From Clostridia bacterium (GTDB lineage: Bacteria > Bacillota > Clostridia > Christensenellales > UBA1242): a DNA stretch of 64,000 nucleotides. Within the stretch, counting starts at the first letter, position 1. The number at the start of each line of letters is the position of its first letter. The notes beneath the pieces were generated by a model. The model did no database searches and had not been told where the DNA came from. It saw only the letters and a program-made list of their open reading frames with translations. Where the stretch lies: NCBI GenBank assembly GCA_900768545.1, contig CAAGDD010000003.1, forward strand, positions 4,767 through 68,766, written 5' to 3'. Both the position numbers and the translations under genes were made by a program. Below are positions 49,401 to 61,400 of this stretch, in pieces.

Positions 49401-52400
49401 AATACAAGTTGATTTCGGTTGTGCCGTCGGCTGAAACATAAACTTTTGAGTCAGTTGTGATTCCGGTCAATGTTTGCGCTTCGCCACCGAGAACAAATTT
49501 TGCGTTTGATTTTGCAGCGTTGTAAGTGAAGCCAGTGTATGCATAATGTCCAAGTTCTGGAGTGTTGCCCGCGCCAGAAACTGCGATGTTAATGTAAGGA
49601 TTTGTGGCAGTGATAGCAAGAAGTGCATCAGATGTGCCAGTGCGAGAATAGCTAAACGCTGTCTTCGCTTCATACTCGCCATTAACATTCATTTGATATA
49701 CGTTTACTTTGTAAGCAGTGCTTGAGTTTGCTTCCCAATGAGCAAACAAAGTGTGATTTGTCCAAACAGAAACAACAGTGTCTTCATTTACAACCGTTCC
49801 ATTTGTCTTGTCTGTAAACCACCCTGCGAAAGTGTAGCCTGTGCGCTCTGCTGTTGGTAATGTGCCGTAAGCTGCGTCCATTGTAACAGTCTTTGAAGCG
49901 TCACCGATGACAGATCCGCCGTTAGGGTCAAAAGTAACTGTCATTGTGAGAGGTTCGAAGATTGCGTAAAGGTGCAAGTCGCCAACTTCGCTATAAGTAT
50001 ATTGTTTGTCCGCTTCAAATTCAGCAGTTTTTGCTGTGCAGTCGCGGTTCCAGCCCAAGAACTTGTATCCGTCTTTATAGAAAGTTCCGCTTGTGCCAAG
50101 TGGCAAAGTCTTGAAGCTTGATGTGTAAGTAACAGTTTGGTCAAAGCCTTGGTCATAATTTGGAGATTTTACAACCGAGCCATAACCTGTGGCTGTCGAA
50201 GCATTAAATGAACCGTTTAAAACAGTGCCATAAGTGCTTGAATTTGATGTATAAGTAACCTTGTATAAGTTTGGAGTTGCGATAGCATACAAAGTTGTGT
50301 CCGCAGTAACTGAAGCAATTTTGTAAGAAAGTTCTGTTGAAACCGCAGTTCCAGTGCCTTCTGCATTGCTATACCAACCCTTAAATGAGTAGCCCGCTTT
50401 GAGAGTAGCAACGAAGGTAGCTGGGTATTTTTCATAAAGCACTCTTGATACTTTATTATTGTTTGCATTCGTTGTGTAAGCAGTATCAATTCCAGTGCCA
50501 GCAACAGCAGAAACATTCATCCATTCAAATACGGTTATAGAAATTCCACCGTTTTCAGTTGCTTTCCAAGCATTGTAAGTATAAGAATCGTTGAAGAATG
50601 TTATGTAAGTGCTTGTGATTGCATTATAAATATCTCCATAATACATTCTATTTGCGTTTGTTCTCTTAACAGAAACAACGATTTCAGTATTTGGATCATA
50701 ATCGTGATACAAATATCCATCTTCTTTTTTGCTCAAAACCAATTTTTCAACGGTTTCGCCAGCACTGTTTTTCAAAGTGCCGACATTTGTTGTGATTTCA
50801 AGGTTTGTCGAGTTAAGCATATTGCTGATGCTACTATATCTAATAACAAATCTATATGTCACGATCTTCCATTGAGCTTGAAGGGTTACATTTCCGAACA
50901 TTCCCAAAAGTTCTTTGGTCGCGTTATTTTCATCGAGTGGGTTTGCGTAAACTGTGCCAACAGTCCAGTTTCCGTCGGTCGATGCAACCTTCCAACCAGC
51001 GAAGTCATAACCAGTCTTTGTGGCTGTCAAGAGTTTTCCGCCCGCAGATAAAGTTCCGTCAGCGGTCGCTGAGGCATTTCCCAAAATATTGTATCTAACT
51101 GGCGAATTTGCAGCCAAGGTTTCGCCGTCCTTGAGATCATAAGTGATCGTGTAAGCATTTTCAGTCCACTTTGCGAAAAGTGTGTGAGTGCTTGAATTTG
51201 TAACAATTGTGTCTTTTATAACTACCTTTGTCAACGCTTCGTCGCTATACCAGTTTTCGAATGAATAACCGCCGCGAGTAGGTGTAGGCAAAGTGCCATA
51301 GGCTTTGTTGAAGATCACATTCATAAATGTTGGATCAACTTCGCCGCCCCTTGGATCAAAGTTTACAGTAACATTGTTTGCTGTGTAATAAGCGTAGAGA
51401 GTGATTCCACCGATCGCTTCAGTGCCAACAACTGTGCTTTCGAGATATCTCTTTGCACCAGTAGTTGAAGCGTCTGGAGCGAGTTTTTTGTCATACCAGC
51501 CAGCGAATGAGTAACCTGTGCGCGCTGCAACTGGCAATGTGCCATAGGTCGCGTCAAATGTAACACTCTTGCTATCGGTGTCGCAAGTTCCTTCGTTCGC
51601 GTCGAAGGTTACGTCGTAAGTATTAGCGTTCCAAGTAGCTTTCAATGTTGCGTTTTTGTAAATGTCAGTATGCAAGTCAACATCGAATGAGCCGTCTGCT
51701 TTAATGTATAATTCATCAGCAGAGCCGCCGCAAGTTCCGTCACCATAATAACGAACGAATGTATATCCTGTAAGTTCTGGCATATCAATCTTTGTGATTT
51801 GATTTGCGCATTCTTCATCAGTATAGTATTTTTCAATACCAAATTGATAATAGATAGCAGTTGTGCCAGCCTTTGTTGCGTTTTTAACAAGAGTGCCGTT
51901 TTTGTAAAGCGCGCTGTCAAGAGTGATTGTGATTACATTTGAAGTAAACTTTGCATACAAAGTTGTGTTTGCGGTCGCTGTATAGTTCCACTTGTAGGTA
52001 GCGTCGTTTGAAACGAGAGTTGTCAAGCTTTCATCGCTATACCAGCCACCGAATGTGTAACCACTCTTTGCAGTTGCTCTAACGGTCGCGTCAGTCTTGT
52101 AAGTAACGCTCATAGAAGCATCAGTGCCAGTTGTGCCAACATAAGCCAAACCACCACTTGTGCTTTGTGTGCCATTTGTTATAGCCACAGTTTTGAGAGT
52201 GTAAGCGTTTGGAGTTGCTCTTGCGATAACAATCATATCGTCAGTAGCATTTCCATAAGCGTAAGTATAAACATTTCCACTAACGGTCACTTTCGCGTTG
52301 TCGCGAGCAGCAAGCAATGTTTCGCCGCTAGTTCCAACGAGATAGAATCCGTCAAATGTGTATCCCGCTTCAACAGTCGCCTTGAAGGTGAGAGTTGAAC

Positions 52401-55400
52401 CGTAATAATATGTGCCATTTGTTTTATCTTTCCAATCTATTTCATTGTAATGTGCGTCGAACACATGTTTTGAAATACCAGTAGAAACGCGAGATTCAAA
52501 TGTGAGATATTCCAATGTTTGGAAGTCTATTGAAATATTTCCAGTTGGAGCCCAATCCGCATAAGTCTTCATGTTTGTTTCAAATCCATTGCAAACCCAA
52601 TCGGTGTCGGTAGAAGTCTTATAATAAGATGCGATATAATAATCTCTTCCGTTTGGATTTGAATCAGATTTTGCATTAACAGCAGTTGCTGTGATAGAAA
52701 TCTTCATATCTGGATCATAAGTTTGAGTAACAGTGCAAGATTCACCAGCTGAAAGTTCTACGCGAGTCATAACAGTTCCGTTTTTGTCTTTCAAACTGCC
52801 GCCACCAGTAATTTCGATAGCGAGTTTTGTTGCACGATTTACCATTGCATTTCTGTATTTGATTGTTGCTGTATAAGTGTTGATCTCCCAATCAGCGTAA
52901 ATCTTCATTGAAGCGTTGCCGTCTTCGAGCGCTTCCAAAACCCCGCCCAAACGAGCAAGCTCGATGATTGAGTAAGAAGTGTTTGCGTCGATTTCAGTTC
53001 CATTGCCATCTGCTTGAGTATTGTATTTGCCTTTGAATGAGTATCCAGTAGGTGGTGTAACGCGTGTTGCGTCCATATCAGACAAACCATATTGACTCAA
53101 TGAAAGTGTGTAATTGTAAATATTTGAGTAAGAAGGTGTAGTCGCTGGATCTGTAGGATTTGTAAATCCAACATCATTTCCGTCGATTGCAGTTCCGCCG
53201 TTGAGCATATAATCAACTGTGAGAGTGTTTTCAGTGAATTTAGCATTCCAAGTTTGTGGTTTTGATGTGTCATAAACTTGAGTTGCTCCACCATTTCTGC
53301 TTGGCAAAACGCCATATCCGTCAGCCCATTGAGTAAATGTGTAGCCAAGTCTTTGATATTTTGTTGCTGAAAGCATTGTAAATGTGTCAGAGTAATCAAC
53401 ACTTGTTGTTGATTCTGCACACCAAGTAGAACCCATTGTAAGAAGAATGTAAGATCCTTTATAATCTGTGTAGTTCAACAATTTTGTAGTTCCGTTTGAG
53501 TGAGTTGTGATTGAGAATGTTCCGCCATCAACAATATCGAACATCTTTGTTTCGCCACTATAAATGCTATTACCTTGACGCTTCATTACCTTGATATTGT
53601 TGTAATACAAGCCGTCTGCCTTAATTTCAAATGTTGCGTCTTCAACATAGTCGCATATAGCGAAGTAGTAGCAAAGCAAGTAAGAATGTTTATCAAAGTA
53701 AACCTTAAATACGCTTGAGTCGTCTGGGTTTACCTTTCCAGAAACAGTTGATTTTGCTGCAACAAAGTCATATCCAGCCATTATCGTGTCAGCGCCGCCG
53801 AGAGTAATTGTGCTGTCAGCTTTTGCTTGACGAGTCGATTTGCTTGAAAGTTTGTATGAGCCAGTCTTATCCGCTTCTTCGATATAAGTTTCAACGATGT
53901 AATTTACATCGATTGCTTCCCAAGTAGCGGTCAAAGTAACTGTCGCGCCGTTTGTTGGAGTAAGGTTTTTAAACCAAGTGCCGTTTTCGCTGAATGCGCA
54001 AGCGCTTGTTGTAACTGCAGAGTCGCAGTTTTCGGTTGTTCCGCACTTTGCAGTGCTGCCATTGTAGCTGGTCACTGTCCAACCAGTAAATTTGTAACCT
54101 GTGCGAGTAGGAACAGATACATTGAATGCCTTGTCATAAGTAGCGCTTGTTGGAACATTTGCTCCAGCTTTTCCGCCAGCATAATCATAAGCAATCTTAT
54201 ATGTGTTTGCCACCCAGTTTGCGGTCAAAGTTTCGTTGTTTGCGCCAAATGTGTAAACAAACTTGCCGTTTCCGCTGTTGTAAAGAGCAGCAACATCAGC
54301 AGCCGATGCACAAGCATTTTCAATCAAAACGCGTTTGATCTTGCCGTTGAAGAGTTGGTCATATTCTCCAATTCCTGCTTGATAAGGGCTGTTCATTCCA
54401 AGGAACACTCCGTGAGTATCAATGAATGAACTACTTTCATTTTTAATTTGTTTGTTGATATTTTCGGTCTTGTTTTTCAAAATGCCATCAACATATCCGC
54501 TTGCTGTCATTCCGTCAAAAGTGAATGTAAACATGTGCCAGCCAGCAGTGAGATCTGTTGTTTTACCCATTGAAACATAGCTGTATCCAGAGTTTTCAAC
54601 CAACATATAAGCAAATTGAACATCGGTTGAAATAATTTCAAGTTGCCAGCCGCCGACGTTTGCACAAGAAATAACCGCTTCGCCATCACTTGCAACACTT
54701 GTCCAGTCTGCTTTGTAAGCCCAAACATTTACTGTGATAAAGTCAGTAAACTTATATTCACTTGCTTCACCAAGCATAGCTTTTCCAGCATTATAATTTG
54801 ACATCCATGTCGCTTGTGTTCCGTCAAGAGTTACTTCGTCATAGATTCCGCCATAACTCTTTGAAGCACTCCAGCCTTTGAAAGTGTATCCTGTGCGTGT
54901 TGGGTCAGGGATTTCGACGCTTGAACCAACAGTTCCTTGAACAGGGCTTGTGCCGCTATAAGTTCCGCCATTTGGATCGATTGTCAAAGTTGACTTTCCA
55001 GCGTTCCATTGAGCGGTCAAAGTTACGTCACCATACATTCCAGCAAGTTTTGTTCCAGCAGCATATTCTTTGTCTTGTGTCCAATTTCCTGCCACTGTTG
55101 TCGCTTTCCAAGCTTTGAATGTATAACCAGCCTTGACAGGTGTGCCAAGTGAAGCGGTGCTTGTGATGTAATAAGATGTTGGGGTCATTGTTGATGTGCC
55201 CGCGTCAACATATTTGATTGTATAAGGGTTTGCTTCCCAAACTGCATACAAAACAACTTCTTTGTCTTGAACATTTGCCAAGTTTGTAACTTGTGCGCCG
55301 TCTGTGTAAGCCACAGCACCAGCTGAAGTTGTAGCCCAACCTTTGAAGGTGTAGCCAGGTCTTGTGAAGCCGATTTCAGCGATTGTTTTCAAGTTTGCTG

Positions 55401-58400
55401 CCTTGTCGAAAGTGAATGTATCACTAACTGTTGCAGTTGAGTCGCCCTTGTTTGCATTGTAGGTCACTTTGTAAGTGATTGCTGTCCACTTTGCATATAT
55501 ATTGATAGGGTTTGATGCAGTGATTTCGCTTGTTACGCCAAATTCGGTCGAATTTGTGATTGCGTTTTGATAAGCGCTATCGCTGAACCAGCCGTCGAAA
55601 CGGTATCCGGTCATAACGAGTGTTGGCAAACCAACTTCGCTGCCGCTTTCGCTCCATCTCAAAGTAGAATATTTTGATTTTGTTGCGCTATCGCCCGCTC
55701 TAACATACATATTTGGAGCGCTAGTGCTATTTTTGTCATAAACTGTGCCATTTACGGTCACGCTTGTCGAACCTGTAATATTCAAGTTGAGTTTTACAGG
55801 AACGTATTTTGCTGTCCAAATTGCATACAAAGTAACAGTGCCATTTTGGGTCGCAGAGAGATTCTTCACGCTTGATGCGTCAGCAATAAGATTGTTTGTG
55901 TTTTTGGTGTAAGTTGCACCGCTATACAAACCGCTGATGCTGCCGTCTGTGCTTGTAGCCCAACCAGCAAATGTGAAGTTTGCTCTTGTAAATGTGTTTT
56001 TAGAGAGTGTAATTGCGCTATCAAATGTGCATGCTGTGTCTGCCATTGAGCCAGAACCGCCGTTTGCTACATATTTGATAGAATATTTGTTTGGTGTCCA
56101 TTGCGCTTCGAGAGTGTGGTCAGCATCAATGGTCATCTTTGTGTCAGCAGTAATATTTGACACTTCAAACAATTTGAAGTTTGTCGCTTGAACACTAATT
56201 TTGTTAGTATCATTGTTAGCAGGAATATGTGGATAAATATGAATTGTATCATTTGTATATCTATCTGTGTCGCGTTTGTAAGTAAATGTTCCTTCATAAG
56301 TTTGCCATGTTGTTGTGATTGTGTCAGATGTTGTCTTTCCAAGTGAGTGATGTTCTGTTGTTGTATTATTGTTAATAAACAATGTTCTGCTGCCCCAGTT
56401 CATTGTTCCTACTGAAACTTTTACATCAAGTTGAACTGTATAAGTTTTTCCTTCAACAAGATCAAGCCCGCCGTCAGCTCTAATTCGAATTGGCGCAAAT
56501 GGATAAGTAAATGCTTCTGTCGCATTAGGGCTTTGAGTGATAACTAATTGATTTGTCGAATCAGCAAACAAATTGATTTGTTCTTTCACCTTCCAGCCAG
56601 CGAATTGATATCCGTCGCGAGTTGGTGTTGGAAGTGTTCCATAAGTTTGATCATAAGTCACTTTCTTTGTGCCTTTGTTGTCGGTGATTGTCCAGTCAGT
56701 TGTTGCAGCAAGGTTTCCGCCATTTGGATCAGCGGTCACAGTGTAAGTGTTTGCTTCCCAACGAGCAGTAAGTGTGTGATTTGCTGCATTTGAAACGATT
56801 GTCGCATCAGTAACTGCGGTGTTTCCGTTTTTGGTCACAGAAAGCCCAGAGTATTTGATAGTATTGCCAGTTGTTTCTCCAACATGACCAGCATACATCA
56901 AAATTTCAACATTATTTCCCGCTACAGAATTCTCTGGGATAGTAATTGTAACATCAATATTTCTGCCAAGATCATAATGCTTTGTCAAATATGATTTTAA
57001 TGCTGTATGGTCGTAAACCAAGATTGAGAAAATTGTTTGATTGTTTGGATTTACTGTCAAAAGAACTTCATCATAGTGAATATAGTATACTTCACCAGGT
57101 TTTACATTTCTAGCCAAAATTGTATATTTATTTCCAGAAGTTCCTGCTTCTATTGTATTTGACGCAGAAGCATACGCAACATTTTCATACCAGCCCTTGA
57201 AAGTGTAGCCGGCACGAGTTGGAGTTGTCAACTTGCCTTGTGCGTCATAGCGTTCGTTGAATGTTACATTTTGAGTTTTTGTTCTTCTATCAGCCGAAAC
57301 GCCATCGCCGTCATCAAGGAAGTGTCCGCCGTTTGCATTAAGAGTGAGTTTGATATCAGTGCGAGCCGACCAAATTGCTTTGAGTTCAAGATTTCCAAAG
57401 TGGTCTTTCAAAGCAGTGCCGTTTCCATAAGTTGCGCCAACTTTCCAGTTTCCGTTAATGTAGCCTTCTGTTTTGTTGCTGTCGATAGACAAAACTGTCC
57501 AGCCAGAGAAGATATATCCCGTTTTGCTTGTTGATGGAAGTATTGCGTTGCTATTTGGCATAGAACTTTCGCTTGTGCCTTGCTTGCCATATATATTGTA
57601 ATACCAATTTGAAATTGCATTTCCGCCGTCTGCGTTGAATGTGATCGTGTAGTTTTGTGGAACATAGTCAAGTTCGATAATCAAACTTCCGTCACCTTGA
57701 ATTGTCGCGTAGTTCGTGTCGCTTGTCAAAGCAGTGCCGGTTGTTGAGCCGCCGATGTAATATCTTGCAGCCAAATATCTAAATCCGTTTGGAACTGTCA
57801 CAGCCGCTTTTGCGCTTGCCAAAGTTACTTGTGCGCCGGTTGTGCCGTCTTTTGAAATATTTGATGTGTTCCAAGAGCCGTCAGCGTTTTGTTGTCTAAA
57901 TCTAATCAAATAGCCAATTCCGCTCTTTGCAACAAATTGTGCTTCGAGTGAGATATTGCCATATTTCCCTGTAAATGTTGTGTTTGCTGCGTAAGTTTTT
58001 CCAATTTCCCAGCCACCAACTGTGCCAGATGTCTTATCGTCAACTTTGACAACCTTCCAGCCTTCGAAATTGTAACCTATCTTGGTTGCGTCCAAAAGTT
58101 TTCCGTCCGCAGAAAGAGCTATGTCAGCGCTCGCTGAAGCATATCCTTGTGTATTGTAGATAATTGGGGCAGAAGTGTTGTTTGTTCCGCCGTTCAAGTT
58201 TGAGTAAGTAATATTGTAAGTTGTTGGAACCCAACGAGCATACAATGTGATGTTTTCGTCCATCAAAGCAGTTGTTGTGTTTGTGATGAGTGAGCCATAT
58301 TTGCTGTCGATTGTAGGTACGCCCGCATATCCGCTAAATTCAATACCAGTAGAGTCATCAAGTTTGTAAACTGCGAAGTATTCAAGACTTACTGGTGTGC

Positions 58401-61400
58401 TTTGTGTGCTTGGATAGTCGTAAGCATTGATACAAATAGCGCCGTCAGTATATTTTGTTACGTCGCCAACGGTGTGTGTCCAAACGAGAGTTTGCCATTC
58501 GCCGTTTGTTGCCAAAATGCCCCATGATTCGTTTCCGCCGTTTGACCAAAGCCCGATACCAGAATTTGCCGCACCAGCCGCACGCTTAACTCTTGCGATA
58601 GCGACATAAGTTGTGTTTGATTCGAGCTTTCCACCCAAGTCGAACACATAGAATGGATATCCAGTCACGTTTGTCAAGTTTGGACGATAGTTTTTGACCA
58701 TATTGCCTTGCCAGCCCGCGAAAGTATATCCGCCGCGTGTAGGTGTGAGCAATGTGCCATAACTAGAGCCATAAGTGAGTGATTTTGTATAAGTTCCGTT
58801 TGAGCCAGCTGTCCAGCCGTTTGAAGCTGACATTGAGCCGCCGTTTGGATTGAGAGTGACTGTTGAAGTCTTTGGTGTCCATTTTGCAGTCAAAGTAACA
58901 TTGCCATAGAAGCTACCTTTTGTGATCAATGCGTTGTAGTTCATTGTTGAGTCATTTACCCAACCGCTGCCCGCAGTTGCATTTGAAACATCCCAACCAG
59001 CCATATTGTAACCATATCTTGTCGCAACAGCCTTTTGATCGAGAGTGAATGTTGCAGTTTCGATAGTGTAAGACACAACAACATCAGCCGACGCGCCATT
59101 GATAGACCCATTGTTTGGCTTGAATGTAATCTTTGATGAGTTTACAGTCCATTGAGCATAGAGAGTGATTTCGCCGCTTGTGAGCAAGTTTTTGATTGTA
59201 GAGCCGCCCGCAATGCAAGTGTTGTCACTTGTTTTTGAGTAAGATGCACCGCTATACAAACCGCTCAAGCCACCAGCCGCTGCTGTAGCCCATCCTTTGA
59301 ATGTGTAGCCACCTCTTGTGAATGTGTTTGCACGAAGTGTAGTCGAAACGTCAAATGTGCAACTTGTTTCTGCCATTGTGCCAGAACCGCCATTTGCGTT
59401 GTATTTAATAGTATAAGAGTTTGCACCCCAAATAGCGTAAAGTGTAACGCTTGCGCCATTTGTTGTAGAAAGATCTTTTGTCAAAGTTGCATAAGCCGCA
59501 CTTGCAGCCGCGCTGCTGTTTTCATTCCAGCCTTTGAATGTGTAACCAGCTTTTGAAAGACCTTTGCCGTCGTTCAAAGTCAAGTTTGTTCCATAAGTTT
59601 TTGTAGCGTTTGCGATATCAGAACCGCTGCCGCCATTTTTATTGTAAACGATTGTATATGTAATTGGTGTCCATTGTGCGGTCAAAGTTACATTTCCGCC
59701 TTTTGCAGACGCCAAGTTTTTGAAGTAAACCAAGCTTGTGCCGTTTACACACAATGTCGAAGATGAGATCGCTGTGCTTGCTGTGCTTGTTGTTCCCCAT
59801 TTTGCTGTGCTGTAGTCAGCGTTTGTTCCGCTCAACTTCCAGCCAGTGAAGATGCCGCCAACTTTTGTTGGAGCCGCAACAGAGAATGTAGCGTCGTAAG
59901 TTGCGCTTTTCACTTCTGTCCAGTTTGCTGCTTTTGTGCCGCCGTTGTAATCATAAGCGATATTGTAAGTGTTTGCGCCCCATTCAGCATACAAAGTGAT
60001 TGTGTCGCCATTTTTTGTTGTCAAATCAGTCGAAAGTGTCGCACCAGCATTGTAATGTGTGCCAGAGCCGTTTGCTGCTGTGTTCCAACCATTGAATGTG
60101 TAACCAGTTTTTGCAAGACTTCCAGTGTTTGAATGCAATGTCAAAGCTGTTGCATAAGTCTTTGTTTGGTTTGCAGGAACTTCGCCGCTTGTGTTTCCAT
60201 TTCCGTTGTAACTGATTGTATATGTAATAGGGTTCCAAATTGCAGTTGCTGTGTGATTGTCTGCGATTTTTACAATTGTAGATTCAGGGATAACTCTTTG
60301 TTGAACTGTGTATTTTTGAACCTTATACATAGATACATCATTCGAACCATAACTTACATCGATAAAGCCATATTCTCCAGAGTAGCCAATGCCATCTGGC
60401 ATAACATAATCTTTAACAATTAACAATTTTCCACCAGAAACAGTTTTGATTGTATATTGACTGCTTGTCAAGAGAATGTCGCAGACATCAATTTCAACAA
60501 GTTCTGTCGAGCCTGTGAACAATACTTGGAAGTTGATAACATCTCCAGCATTGAATGCATATTTTGTGTAACCACTTGGGTCATTTGAGAATCTTGCACC
60601 ATTGGTGCTCAAACTCATAACACTATATTCAACATTTCTTTCTTCCAATCTCCAATATTGGAAAAGATATCCAGTTTTTGAAACGCTTGGCATTGTGCCA
60701 TAAACAGCGTCATAAGTAACTGCCTTTGTTGCTTTTCCGTTTGTGATTGTCCAACCTGTGGTCGCAGAAAGAGTTCCGCCGTTAGGGTCTGCGGTTAAAG
60801 TGTATGTTTTTTGTGTAAATTTTGCTTGATAGTTTTGTGTTGTGCTAGAATTTTTCAAAATTGTTGATTCAGTGATTTTTGAGTTTTCGTTTGACAAAGA
60901 TTCATACCAACCTTCAAAAATTCTTCCAACCGCAACTACTGTTGGCAATGTGCCAAATGCGCTATCATATTTAATTTGTTTTGTTGCTTTTGTTTTTGTT
61001 GAGTCAAGAACCCAATCTGTTGCATTCGAATTGTCGATTATACCATAAGATGTATTCAATGTGATACTATAAGCAGTTGCCGACCATCTTGCCCACAATG
61101 TTTGAGCACCAGTTTTGTTCCAAATATGATTGCTTGCGCCGCTCTTGTTGTAATATTGTGTTCCACCAGTTGTTTCATTAGTGTCAAAATATCCATCAAA
61201 TTCGTAACCTTCTCTTGTAGGGATAGTAACAGTTGGCATAGCCGCGTCATAAGTTGCAGTTACCGTGCCCGCAACAGTTGTGTCGCTGCTGCTGTAGTTT
61301 CTCATAAGAGTAACAGTTGACTTTTGTGCTTCCCAATGAGCGTAGAGAGTTCTTGCGCCAACATAATCCAAAACGGTTGAGTCCAAGATTTGTGTTCCAC

